Shown here piece after piece: positions 49,603 to 58,998 of a stretch of 64,000 nt of DNA. The position numbers and the translations under genes are program-made. This stretch comes from Leptospira sp. (GTDB taxonomy: Bacteria > Spirochaetota > Leptospiria > Leptospirales > Leptospiraceae), in NCBI GenBank assembly GCA_034439575.1, contig JAWXAQ010000005.1, forward strand, positions 64,001 through 128,000. The letters are read 5' to 3'. Within the stretch, counting starts at the first letter, position 1. Every line of letters starts with the position of its first letter. A model generated the notes under the pieces. It searched no databases, was not told the origin of the DNA, and saw nothing but the letters and a program-made list of their open reading frames with translations.

Positions 49603-51600
49603 ATGCCAAAATTAAAGCTAAATACATATACATTCAGAATTTTAACTTTTTGGGGATTTGTAAATTTATTATCTGGATTCGGCACATTCGTATATTATGA
49701 ATTTCTAACATTTAGACAATTCGATGGGATAGATGCAGTTTTGCTTTTTACTTTCTCATTATTATTCTTACACTTATCCTATGGCGCATCCATTGCTTTA
49801 TTTGGATTTTTACAGCATTTTTTTGGTGGTGATACATTAAGTTGTCGTTTAAGAGAATCAGAACTTGCAGACATACCTCTTGAAAATGTATCTGTCGCAG
49901 TGGTGATTCCAATTTTCAATGAAAATCCAAATGAAGTTTATGACCGCATAGCAAGAATGTATAATGAATTAAAAAAATTCAATGAGCAAAAATCTTTCGA
50001 TTTTTTTATCCTGAGCGATTCAAATGATATTTCCGTTTGGTTAAAGGAAGAATCAGAATTCATTTCTCTATTAAAAAATACCAATGGCTGGGGCAGAATT
50101 TACTATCGTCGCAGAAAATCAAACACGAATGGTAAGAGTGGAAATATATCAGATTTTTGTAGACGTTTTGGAAAAAATTACCGTTATATGTTAGTCCTTG
50201 ATGCTGATAGTTATATGGATGCCAAGGGGATAATCCTACTAACAAAAAAAATGGAAAGCGAACCAACACTTGGTATTTTACAAACAAATCCATTAATTTA
50301 TAAAGTAAAAACTTCATTTCAAAATATTTTTAAAAACTCACAATCACTCTATAGCGAATATTATCTGGCAGGAGCTAACTACTGGCAGATGAATTCAAGT
50401 TCTTTTTGGGGGCATAATGCAATGATTCGTTTGGATCCATTCATTGCTCATTGCGCATTACCAAAACTTCCAAAGTTTGGTGCCATCGGTGGAAAAATTC
50501 TAAGTCATGACACCATTGAAGCCGCTTTAATACGACGTTCAGGGTATTCTGTTCGGTTTTCGCTTGATCCGATAGGAAGTTATGAAGAGTATCCACCAAC
50601 TTGGATAGAGTCTTTACAACGTGACCAAAGATGGTGCCAAGGGAACATACAACATTTTTGGTTTTTAGGTGCGAAAGAATTAAATATGCATTCTAAAATT
50701 TCAATTCTGCTTGGCATTTTTTCTTACTTGTCTAGTCTCATGTGGCTCTTATTTATTTTCCTATCTTCATATTTATATCTATCTGATCTTAGATTTTTTC
50801 GATTAGCATTCAACTCGCAAGATTTTGAATTAATTTTCAAAGAACTCTATTTACAAAAGGCGATACAATTGCAATGGATCACCTTATCCATGCTATTTGT
50901 GCCAAAAATCATAGCTTTTATTATTGACTTGATTCTTCCTAAACGATTAGGGAACTCTCGCTTAAAGACGGCCAAATTTTTCATCATAGAAAGTTTCACT
51001 TCCTTCCTGATGGCACCAACTAACATGATCATGCATGTTCAATTTGTTATTTTCACTCTCTTTGGGAAAAAGGTAATTTGGAAAAATCAGAATCGAAATG
51101 TGAATAAAATATTAAATTTAAAAACTGCTTTTGCAAATTTTAAAATTCCGTTTGTTTTTGGAATATTATTATCATTCGGTTTATATCGATTGGAAATGTT
51201 ATTATTCTTTTGGTTGTCACCTATTTGGATTTCCTGGATCCTTTCTCCTTTCCTTGCGATTTTAACATCTAAACCGATTCGTAATAATTTTATTACACCT
51301 AACAATGATAAGAAATTAATAGAAAATGAAATCATTCAAAAGGATAATGCATTAAAATTAGCACTCACACATCCATATTTTTTTGGCATACATTTATTTA
51401 TGGTGCGCGAGAGACTTTTGGAAAAACAAAAAACAAAAGATTCACTGCGAATTCTAAGCGAAAATCTCCTTCGGCTCGGCCCAAAGGAGATCAGTCCAAA
51501 TGTAATTTCAAGAATCCTTCACAACAAAACAGCATTGTTATATTTCCATAATTTATATTGGAAAACTTTGCCTAATGACCGTTCGCCTTACTGGAATTAA
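49603..51600 (+). CDS. opgH: Glucans biosynthesis glucosyltransferase H (GT2)
   Basis: FFILSDS, YYRRR, KSGNISDF, VLDADS, FWGHNAMIR, ILSHDTIEAAL, RDQRWCQGN. Confidence 0.93.
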   Translation: MPKLKLNTYTFRILTFWGFVNLLSGFGTFVYYEFLTFRQFDGIDAVLLFTFSLLFLHLSYGASIALFGFLQHFFGGDTLSCRLRESELADIPLENVSVAVVIPIFNENPNEVYDRIARMYNELKKFNEQKSFDFFILSDSNDISVWLKEESEFISLLKNTNGWGRIYYRRRKSNTNGKSGNISDFCRRFGKNYRYMLVLDADSYMDAKGIILLTKKMESEPTLGILQTNPLIYKVKTSFQNIFKNSQSLYSEYYLAGANYWQMNSSSFWGHNAMIRLDPFIAHCALPKLPKFGAIGGKILSHDTIEAALIRRSGYSVRFSLDPIGSYEEYPPTWIESLQRDQRWCQGNIQHFWFLGAKELNMHSKISILLGIFSYLSSLMWLLFIFLSSYLYLSDLRFFRLAFNSQDFELIFKELYLQKAIQLQWITLSMLFVPKIIAFIIDLILPKRLGNSRLKTAKFFIIESFTSFLMAPTNMIMHVQFVIFTLFGKKVIWKNQNRNVNKILNLKTAFANFKIPFVFGILLSFGLYRLEMLLFFWLSPIWISWILSPFLAILTSKPIRNNFITPNNDKKLIENEIIQKDNALKLALTHPYFFGIHLFMVRERLLEKQKTKDSLRILSENLLRLGPKEISPNVISRILHNKTALLYFHNLYWKTLPNDRSPYWN

Positions 51601-51615
51601 TCTTTTATTTTTACT

Positions 51616-52452
51616 CTAACCTCTGATATGATATCCACCGTCTACGTTTCGAATTTCACCTGTGATTCGATTATTTTTTCTAAGTAGATAAACGACTTCA
51701 TCAGCTAAATCTTGAGGTTTGGCATTTCCTAATGGTGATTTATTATCAGATTCCAAAACTGCTTCGGCTAATCCTTCAATAGCACTTCCTGCCTTACTCG
51801 CTGTATATGGTGAGAACCTGATTGCATTTACTTGAATACCTTTTGCTTTACCAAGTTCATAAGCCAATTCTTTAGTGAGTCTTTCGAGAGCAGCCTTTGC
51901 GATTCCTATATTTTTATATGGATGGCTGACTATTTTTTCTGCACCCAAATAACTTAATGCAAGAATTGAGGATTGTTTTTGCAAAACATCTTCAAAATAC
52001 AGAGCTTTTGTCAATGCTAATAATGAATATGCGGATATATTCATAGCATCCATAAATTCTTCTCTACTGACTTCCAAAATTGGCTTCACCTTGCCTTGAC
52101 GAATTGTTTTGTCCATTGCAATGGAATGAACGAAACCATTGATCTGAACATTTTCTTTTTTCAAAACTTTTACAAAATCATCAATACTTTCTTGAATGCC
52201 AACATCAAGAGCATATGTTCGCACTTCTTTACCAAGTTCACTTTGAACCGTCTTTTCAAAGTCAGAGAATGTTTTTTCCAAGTATGACAATCCATTTTCT
52301 GATAGATTTTTATGGTGAATTGTTTTTCCGAGTCCAGTGCAAATTAAATTTGCACCTTGTTTTTTACATTCCTTCGCTATATACAGAGCTAAAGAAGATG
52401 AATCTGTAATTCCCGTTATAATGACCGTTTGATTTTTTAATACGTTTTCCAT
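51616..52452 (-). CDS. fabI: Enoyl-ACP reductase (FabI-like SDR)
   Basis: TGITDSSSLA, HSIA, ISAYSL, LSYLGAE, Y-x6-K (YKNIGIAK), ITGE..NVDGG. Confidence 0.8.
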   Translation of the reverse strand: MENVLKNQTVIITGITDSSSLALYIAKECKKQGANLICTGLGKTIHHKNLSENGLSYLEKTFSDFEKTVQSELGKEVRTYALDVGIQESIDDFVKVLKKENVQINGFVHSIAMDKTIRQGKVKPILEVSREEFMDAMNISAYSLLALTKALYFEDVLQKQSSILALSYLGAEKIVSHPYKNIGIAKAALERLTKELAYELGKAKGIQVNAIRFSPYTASKAGSAIEGLAEAVLESDNKSPLGNAKPQDLADEVVYLLRKNNRITGEIRNVDGGYHIRG

Positions 52453-52460
52453 AAAATTTC

Positions 52461-52763
52461 CTAATTGAATCTTTCTCGTCTAACAACTTTTACATCTGAA
52501 GAAAAAACAATCATCGCATATTTATCTAAATATTTATCAGTCATTATCTCGATTATTTTTTCAGCCTTTGACTCAGAAACTAATGATTCTATTCTAATAC
52601 TTTTCCCTTCCCATGATGAGTTATGTATAGAATTCAAACCTTCTCCGCGAGCTTCCGTGATCGTGTATCCTTTAACAGAAACACTCTTTAGATCTTCAAT
52701 GATCTTATTTTCTATAGCATCGTCGGCTATAATTGTGATTAATTTTGCTGTATCTAATTTCAT
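52461..52763 (-). CDS. sbtB: PII-like protein SbtB
   Basis: KLITII, VKGYTITEARGEG, IRIESLVS, C-terminal VVRRERF; adjacent to sbtA. Start set at MKLDT. Confidence 0.85.
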   Translation of the reverse strand: MKLDTAKLITIIADDAIENKIIEDLKSVSVKGYTITEARGEGLNSIHNSSWEGKSIRIESLVSESKAEKIIEIMTDKYLDKYAMIVFSSDVKVVRRERFN

Positions 52764-52764
52764 G

Positions 52765-53736
52765 TTATGCTCCATAAATGATTTTTGCCATAGACAAATA
52801 AAGTGGAATGCCGATTGAAATATTAAAAGGAAACGTAATCGCAAGGGCAGCGGTTAAATAATAGGCTGGACTTGCTTCCGGAAGGGCAATCCGTATCGCA
52901 GAAGGTGCGGCAATGTAGGAAGCACTAGCGGCTAAGGTCGCAAGTATTGAAGCTCCGCCTAACGATAAACCTGCAATTTTTGCCAATAGTAATGCAAAAA
53001 ATGAGCACATTATTGGAAATATAATTCCAAACCCTATCAAAAACACTCCTGCTTTTTTAAGATCAGATAACCTTCTACCTGTTACAATTCCTACTTCAAG
53101 CAAAAAGAGTATCAGAACACCACGAAATGGGGTATCGAACAATGGCCCAAATTGTTCTAAACCCTTTTTACCTGAAAGTAAGCCAATCATTAGTCCACCT
53201 AACAAAAGCAATGTACCTTTCCCTGCAAATAATTCATGTAAAACTTTTTTCCAGGAATCGGAATCCTCTCCTGATTTTGATTTAACTATAAAAATTGCAA
53301 TTATGATCGCTGGGACTTCCATAATCGCAAGCATACTTGGCATAAACCCTTCGTAAGTGATATGTTGTGAGTCCATGAAAGCTAATGCTTCACTGAATGT
53401 GACTGCCGATACTGAACCATAATGTGCTGCGAGGGCTGCGGCATTGACCATATCATATTTCCCTAGTCTGGTTAATATCACGTAGGCAATGACCGGAATT
53501 GTAATGCACAATAGTATAGCCGCGAGAGCCGGTTTATAAAATTCTTCTATGGTCGTATTACTTAATTTTACTCCACCTTTCAAGCCTATGGCGAGTAACA
53601 AATAAATTGTCAAGCCTGTGTACATTCCGTCCGGAAATTTAAGATCACTTTTTATAAGTGTGGCAAAAATACCCAAAAAAAATGCTAAGAACATGGGAGT
53701 TCTTAGATTTGATAACAATGCTTCTGCGATTTCCAT
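52765..53736 (-). CDS. sbtA: Sodium-dependent bicarbonate transporter SbtA family
   Basis: IYLLLAIGLKGG, AAHYGSVSAVTF, ASASYIAAP, ITFPFNI. Confidence 0.92.
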   Translation of the reverse strand: MEIAEALLSNLRTPMFLAFFLGIFATLIKSDLKFPDGMYTGLTIYLLLAIGLKGGVKLSNTTIEEFYKPALAAILLCITIPVIAYVILTRLGKYDMVNAAALAAHYGSVSAVTFSEALAFMDSQHITYEGFMPSMLAIMEVPAIIIAIFIVKSKSGEDSDSWKKVLHELFAGKGTLLLLGGLMIGLLSGKKGLEQFGPLFDTPFRGVLILFLLEVGIVTGRRLSDLKKAGVFLIGFGIIFPIMCSFFALLLAKIAGLSLGGASILATLAASASYIAAPSAIRIALPEASPAYYLTAALAITFPFNISIGIPLYLSMAKIIYGA

Positions 53737-53745
53737 TTTGTCTCC

Positions 53746-54450
53746 TTACTTATTCATATCCAAGATAAATTTTTCTGTCAGGAATTCTACTTTGCCTGTT
53801 TCGAGATCATAGATTCCTCCTACAATTTGAATTTCTTTGTTCTTTGTTAATTTTGATAAAACTGGTTCAAGATTACGCAAGGATTGCACTTGTAAGGCGA
53901 CATTTACTTTAACGCTGTTTTCTATATGATCCCCAGGCAAATTGAGTGCTTTTTCTGCTGCTGGCTTTATTGAATTTACTAGTGTGACGATATGACCCGG
54001 TACTTCGGGAACTTTACAGGCTGCAGCGACTGCACCGCACTTGCTATGTCCAAGCACTACAACCAACTTGGCACCCAATGCTACAGTAGCAAATTCGATG
54101 CTTCCCCAAGACGCATAAGAAGAAACTTGGCCTGCTGTCCTAACAATGAACAGGTCCCCTAATCCTTGATCAAAAATAATTTCACTTGGGACACGTGAAT
54201 CCGAACAACCAACTATGACCGCGAACGGTTTTTGTTGTATGGCTACTTCCTTCAAGCGATCAATTGACTGATTTGGTTTAAGTGTTTTGCCAGTGATAAA
54301 CCTTTGATTCCCATCTGTTAATCTCTGTAGTGCATCAATAGTTGCCTTATTTTGAGCATCTAGAGCTAGAGAATTAAAGAATAATGCGGTCACTAGAAAT
54401 AGACCTTCCTTAGAATTAATTCTTTGTTTCATTTTTTCACCCTGCTTCAT
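53746..54450 (-). CDS. Beta-class carbonic anhydrase with probable signal peptide
   Basis: CSDSRV and HSKCGA zinc ligands; GNQRF; hydrophobic N-terminal segment GLFLVTALFFNSLALDA. Confidence 0.92.
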   Translation of the reverse strand: MKQGEKMKQRINSKEGLFLVTALFFNSLALDAQNKATIDALQRLTDGNQRFITGKTLKPNQSIDRLKEVAIQQKPFAVIVGCSDSRVPSEIIFDQGLGDLFIVRTAGQVSSYASWGSIEFATVALGAKLVVVLGHSKCGAVAAACKVPEVPGHIVTLVNSIKPAAEKALNLPGDHIENSVKVNVALQVQSLRNLEPVLSKLTKNKEIQIVGGIYDLETGKVEFLTEKFILDMNK

Positions 54451-54505
54451 TTATATCAGAAAAGAGAAAAAAGGTCGTCCCAGCTTATAAGTTGGAACTA
54501 AAAAA

Positions 54506-56074
54506 ATGATTCAGATAATTTTTAACTATTTGCTTTATTTAAGCCTACTCCTTGTTAGAGTTGGTCATTTACAGGCCTCAGATATAAACTCATCTTTTTC
54601 TTTAACTCCCAAAGGGCAAAATATAGAATATTTCCAAAAGTTGGATGAAAAATCATTAGTGATCCATTATGGTTTCAAAGAGGATAAAGTATCTTTTACG
54701 TTAGAATCTCAAAATAACTTCAACAAACCAAAACAACATTTTTTGATCTTTCTTTGGAGCCATTTGGATGAAGTGGAAGTCTGTTTAAAAAATCTGCCAT
54801 GTCAAAAAGCAGGTTATATTCAACCCGTATCAAACTGGCCTATCCAACAAATTTTTCCTACGTTTCCGATTGAATTGATTCCAAATGAAAATCAATCAAT
54901 TGATATACATATTAAATCAAAAAATTATATAGAATCTGAAATTAAACTCGTCTCCACAGAAGAACTGTTTGGACTAATTGGCTGGTACATTGGCCTTGTT
55001 ATTATTTTTTTTGTGATCATATTTTTATTTCTTACTAGATTGATTTTTATATATTTTAAGTTTCGAAAACGATGGATGCTTTATTTGATCGCATTTCATT
55101 TTTCGATACTATTAGTTTTTATTTTTGGTTCTGGCATTGCGAATTTTTATTTATTTCCTACTTTAAGTATCCCACTTTCTTTATGTAAAAAAATAATTAT
55201 AGGATTACTAATCATTACAGGAAGCGCATGGCTTTCGAATTATTTTGAAACAAAAAAAAATCATCCAATCATTTATAAAATTTACCAAATAGCTATTTTA
55301 TTTACGTTTTTATTAATATGTCTGAGCTTCACGGAAACCCCTAGACTTTTTATCTCTGTTTTCTATTCATGTTTGTATTTAGGATTAACTCTACTCTCAT
55401 TAAAACTTGCGATATCAAAACTTAATGATCAATTAATACCTGCTCCATGGTTAATACTTAGCCTCTTATGCTTATTTACATTCGAAATTTTGAATATATT
55501 TTCTTATGAAACCTTTGATTCGCATGATAGTAAAATTTATTTATTTTTTCTTGGAATTTTTTTACCGGCGAATGCTTTCTTTGTTTCGCGAACAATTAAA
55601 AGTCATATAAAAGAAATAGAATCTGAATTGACCTTATCGAAATTAGAAATTCAAAAATTTAAACAAGATATCAATCAAACAATACACATCACACCAAAAA
55701 ATGATAAAAAATCTCACTTAAACGGTGTTGATATAGAATTGATCCTTAGTAAATTAAATAATTTAATGATGTTAGATAAAGTATTTCGAGAAGAGGAGCT
55801 TCGTCTCTCCGACTTAGCCGCTTTACTTGGATTAAGTGTCCACCAAACTTCAGAAGTATTAAATCAATTTTTGAATATATCATTTGTTGATTTAATAAAG
55901 AAATATAGAATCGAAGAAGCAAAACGATTGTTACAAATGAATTTAAATAAATCCGTATTTGACATAGCCTTAGAATGTGGATTCACCTCTAAATCTGTAT
56001 TCAATTCCGCGTTTCGTAAATATGTGGCTATGACACCTTTAGAATACAGGAAATATATTTCACAGAATCAGTGA
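54506..56074 (+). CDS. 7TM-DISM membrane sensor with C-terminal AraC HTH
   Basis: Signal peptide, extracytoplasmic domain, about 7 TMs, then LRLSDLA ... RIEEAK ... IALECGFTSKSVFNSAFRKY. Confidence 0.88.
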   Translation: MIQIIFNYLLYLSLLLVRVGHLQASDINSSFSLTPKGQNIEYFQKLDEKSLVIHYGFKEDKVSFTLESQNNFNKPKQHFLIFLWSHLDEVEVCLKNLPCQKAGYIQPVSNWPIQQIFPTFPIELIPNENQSIDIHIKSKNYIESEIKLVSTEELFGLIGWYIGLVIIFFVIIFLFLTRLIFIYFKFRKRWMLYLIAFHFSILLVFIFGSGIANFYLFPTLSIPLSLCKKIIIGLLIITGSAWLSNYFETKKNHPIIYKIYQIAILFTFLLICLSFTETPRLFISVFYSCLYLGLTLLSLKLAISKLNDQLIPAPWLILSLLCLFTFEILNIFSYETFDSHDSKIYLFFLGIFLPANAFFVSRTIKSHIKEIESELTLSKLEIQKFKQDINQTIHITPKNDKKSHLNGVDIELILSKLNNLMMLDKVFREEELRLSDLAALLGLSVHQTSEVLNQFLNISFVDLIKKYRIEEAKRLLQMNLNKSVFDIALECGFTSKSVFNSAFRKYVAMTPLEYRKYISQNQ

Positions 56075-56371
56075 ATTTGAAATTCGAAAGTAAATTCAAT
56101 TAGACAAAGAACTGATTTAGGTATCTTTCTTATTTAAATAACACCGAGTAATCGCGGTCGGTTTCGTTAGGCAAATGCCTTGATTTGATTATGATTGGTT
56201 AAATCAAGAATTTTGTTGCCGCAAGTTGAAAGTGTTTCCATGGTATCTCAGGTTTCATCTCAAACCAGGTTTGGATGAGTACAACTATATATCGGTTTTG
56301 ATCCATAAGATCAATTACATTCAAATAAAAGTTCTATGATATTGATAAAAGAATCCACTCTAAAATCTCAT

Positions 56372-56965
56372 TTACTTTATTGCCAAATTAGATAATTTTT
56401 TAGCATCTGAGGCTACATCCGCAAATCCCACTTTCAATTGTCTCATATATTTTATATCACGGGAAGATCGATATAACATTACACATCCTGTATGAACGAT
56501 CAGAATTTTTTCGGCTACGCGTCTTGCATGATTTGATCTACCGTAAAACTTTATATAGGCGCGTTCTTGCATAGCTAACCATTCAGTTTCAATTGAGCGC
56601 AAAATATTTATAAAATAAATTCTTTCTGATATATCAAGTTCGCTAGAAAATGCGGTAAATGGACAACCAAAAAATTCATTGCGCCTAGCAAGCATAATAA
56701 GCGATGTAGCCCAATTGGATAGATATTGATCAAATGTCTTTGCTCTCTTCTGTAAGCTTTCAAGCATTTCAAAAAGTATCGTCGAACGGTATTCGAGATA
56801 TGCAAGTCCAAGTGAATTTTTTGATTCGAAATGGTAGTATAGAGTCGGTTTTTTAACACCGACTACACGAGTAATCTCATCCATTCCTGTGTTGTTGAAT
56901 CCTTTAGAATAAAAAAGGACACTTGCTTTTTCTATAATTTTTCCCCGAGTGTTTAATTCGATCAA
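56372..56965 (-). CDS. TetR/AcrR-family transcriptional regulator
   Basis: LFYSKGFNNTGMDEI ... KPTLYYHFESK; C-terminal GCPF motif. Confidence 0.92.
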   Translation of the reverse strand: MIELNTRGKIIEKASVLFYSKGFNNTGMDEITRVVGVKKPTLYYHFESKNSLGLAYLEYRSTILFEMLESLQKRAKTFDQYLSNWATSLIMLARRNEFFGCPFTAFSSELDISERIYFINILRSIETEWLAMQERAYIKFYGRSNHARRVAEKILIVHTGCVMLYRSSRDIKYMRQLKVGFADVASDAKKLSNLAIK

Positions 56966-57675
56966 TTGACACCTTTTGATTTATCAAAAAGAAATGTAGC
57001 CCTCTCAGGATGGTATGTTTTCATATAATCTCGGAATTCGCCGAGTTTAAATGCACATGGATAACGATCACGATTCCAAAAATTTATTGGCTCACCAACG
57101 ATATGCCATGGAATCCCAATTCGACGATGATATTTGTATACGATTTTTTCCATATCTGCGATGCCGAGAAACTCATTTTCACGCTCAGAAAAATCTTGCA
57201 TCAAGCCTCGTAACAAAAGATCGAATATGAAAATAGATTTTGTTCGATCTATATTATATTTTTCCAAAGCGTCTTTGTTGATAGCAGTGCGCCAACCATT
57301 GAAAACAAAATTTATTGAACCAGCATTCATATCACTAACAATCTTATTTAGATCGAGATTGTATTTTTCTTCTGTTGGTAATGCGGACTCTTGTTTTGAT
57401 AAATCATTAACGATTATTCCCCACGTACCCACTAATTCACCAGATGTATGTCGAACACCACACACTCTTGCACGTAAAAAATTTTCAAAGGCTGCTGGCG
57501 CGATTTCATCCATAGGTACCTCTGGATCACCGCAAGTTGAACCAAATGCCTCGTTATAAACTGTGTAGATATGATGATTAAATTCTTCGATAGCATCAGT
57601 GCCGAGAAGCCATAGATCTAATTCACCGAAAGATTCAATTTTTTGAGAAACAGCACCAGAAAGCCCTAACTCCAT
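56962..57675 (-). CDS. Hypothetical protein, probable GNAT fold (N-acyl amino acid synthase / LuxI-like)
   Basis: HIYTVY, GELVGTWGII, LPTEEKY, GWRTAI, YHRRIGIPWHIVGEP pattern; 4-nt overlap with tetR; AAGGAG RBS. Confidence 0.55.
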   Translation of the reverse strand: MELGLSGAVSQKIESFGELDLWLLGTDAIEEFNHHIYTVYNEAFGSTCGDPEVPMDEIAPAAFENFLRARVCGVRHTSGELVGTWGIIVNDLSKQESALPTEEKYNLDLNKIVSDMNAGSINFVFNGWRTAINKDALEKYNIDRTKSIFIFDLLLRGLMQDFSERENEFLGIADMEKIVYKYHRRIGIPWHIVGEPINFWNRDRYPCAFKLGEFRDYMKTYHPERATFLFDKSKGVN

Positions 57676-57719
57676 ATAAACTCCTTTAGCTTTGCAAAAA
57701 TTCTAAATATTAATTAAAC

Positions 57720-57748
57720 TATATACCTACCGATCGGTATATAATCAA
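57720..57748 (-). promoter_or_regulatory. sigma70 promoter with palindromic TetR-type operator in the spacer
   Basis: Minus strand TTGATT-N17-TATATA; perfect palindrome TACCGATCGGTA at 57728-57739. Confidence 0.7.
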
Positions 57749-57859
57749 GTGAAAATCTCAATAAATCCGCCAACATAGTGACATGCCATTTGTTTTTCGT
57801 CACGTCATAGAGAGTATCTTGAAATCAAAATTGGATTGTTAAATGAAAAATAGATATAA

Positions 57860-58078
57860 ATGGAAAACCATAATTCACTCACCTTGATTGATTCGCAGAC
57901 TGGAAATTTAGCTTTTAAAATTTTTCCTTCTGAAAATAACCTTTACTATAATCATTTCCATTTAGATTTTTTTTTCAAATTAAAAGATCAAAAAGAAATA
58001 TCATGCAATGGAATCTTATTTAATGATATTTATCATTCTCCCGAAGTTAAATTGAAAAAAGGATTGAAAATTAATTGA
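57860..58078 (+). pseudogene. Remnant of an AraC-family regulator N-terminal domain
   Basis: SLTLID..GNLAFKIF and FHLDFF...KEISCNGILFNDIY resemble (from recall) separated parts of Bacteroidetes-type AraC N-termini; no HTH present. Confidence 0.45.
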
Positions 58079-58239
58079 GATTTAACCTGAAATAGTTCTG
58101 TTGGTATGATGCATGTCACTAGACTATAAATTGGTATGTTTGGCGATATGATCATAGCGACACTCTGTTCGTGAAATAAAGTAATTCTTTCCTTTAATAT
58201 TTAATTTTATCCATCTGTTTACTTGAAATGGAGTAACAG

Positions 58240-58524
58240 TTGAAAATTATATTCAACCTATTAATTGCTCTTGTGTTTATAATAAACATAAGTGCAGAAA
58301 ACTACACCGTGTTTATTCATAGAAAATCTAGCAAAAACCAAAACGGCGTAGTAACAACAGCTAAAGGCCTTAACATTACAAAAGTAATAGCTCTGGTAGC
58401 AGCTTTCGGAAGCTCTAAATTAGCAAATGTGATTGAATGCACAACATATACTCAATATTCAGGTCACATCAGAGCGGTTTCTTTAACGTCTGCTGGATTG
58501 TATAAAATCATAGCAAGATCATGA
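58240..58524 (+). pseudogene. Probable internally deleted remnant of a secreted alpha/beta-hydrolase-like protein
   Basis: Signal peptide, AENYTVFIHRKSS (HG eroded), KVIALVAAFGSSKLAN; only 94 aa. Confidence 0.4.
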
Positions 58525-58998
58525 ACGAAGGGAATCGTTAAGTTATTATCACCGAGACAAAAGTCTGTCAATTCGAATTACAATATATAAACTGTTTATA
58601 TAAATATATTTTTTTTATATCACAGACATTAGGTGCTCACTAATTAGATAAATGCATTCCTGCACTGAAAATTTAAATCAATTATAATTATTATAACGAT
58701 TAAACACAATTACGATTTGCCTTTTACCTCTTCCAGAGATATTTGTTTATTCATCTTAGTTTCTTTTAGAACTGGTTGGGTCAAAAGCGAGAATAGCCCA
58801 GTTATATGCAAGATTAGCATAAGAAGGCTCTATCATTGCTAAATGCAATTTTCAGAGTATTATAGATATAAAATTATTGTCGCCTTTATGCCATCTGGCA
58901 TGTTATCATGGAAATTGTGCCTAAAAGAATCAGCATCTCTAATTATTTTTCAAATCGGTTCTCGAAAACGATTACTTATTTCATTTGTGTTTGGTTAA

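Noticed and set aside
52764-52844. N-terminal extension of the SbtB ORF
   Set aside because: Lies inside sbtA; the ATG at 52763 gives a normal PII-sized protein.
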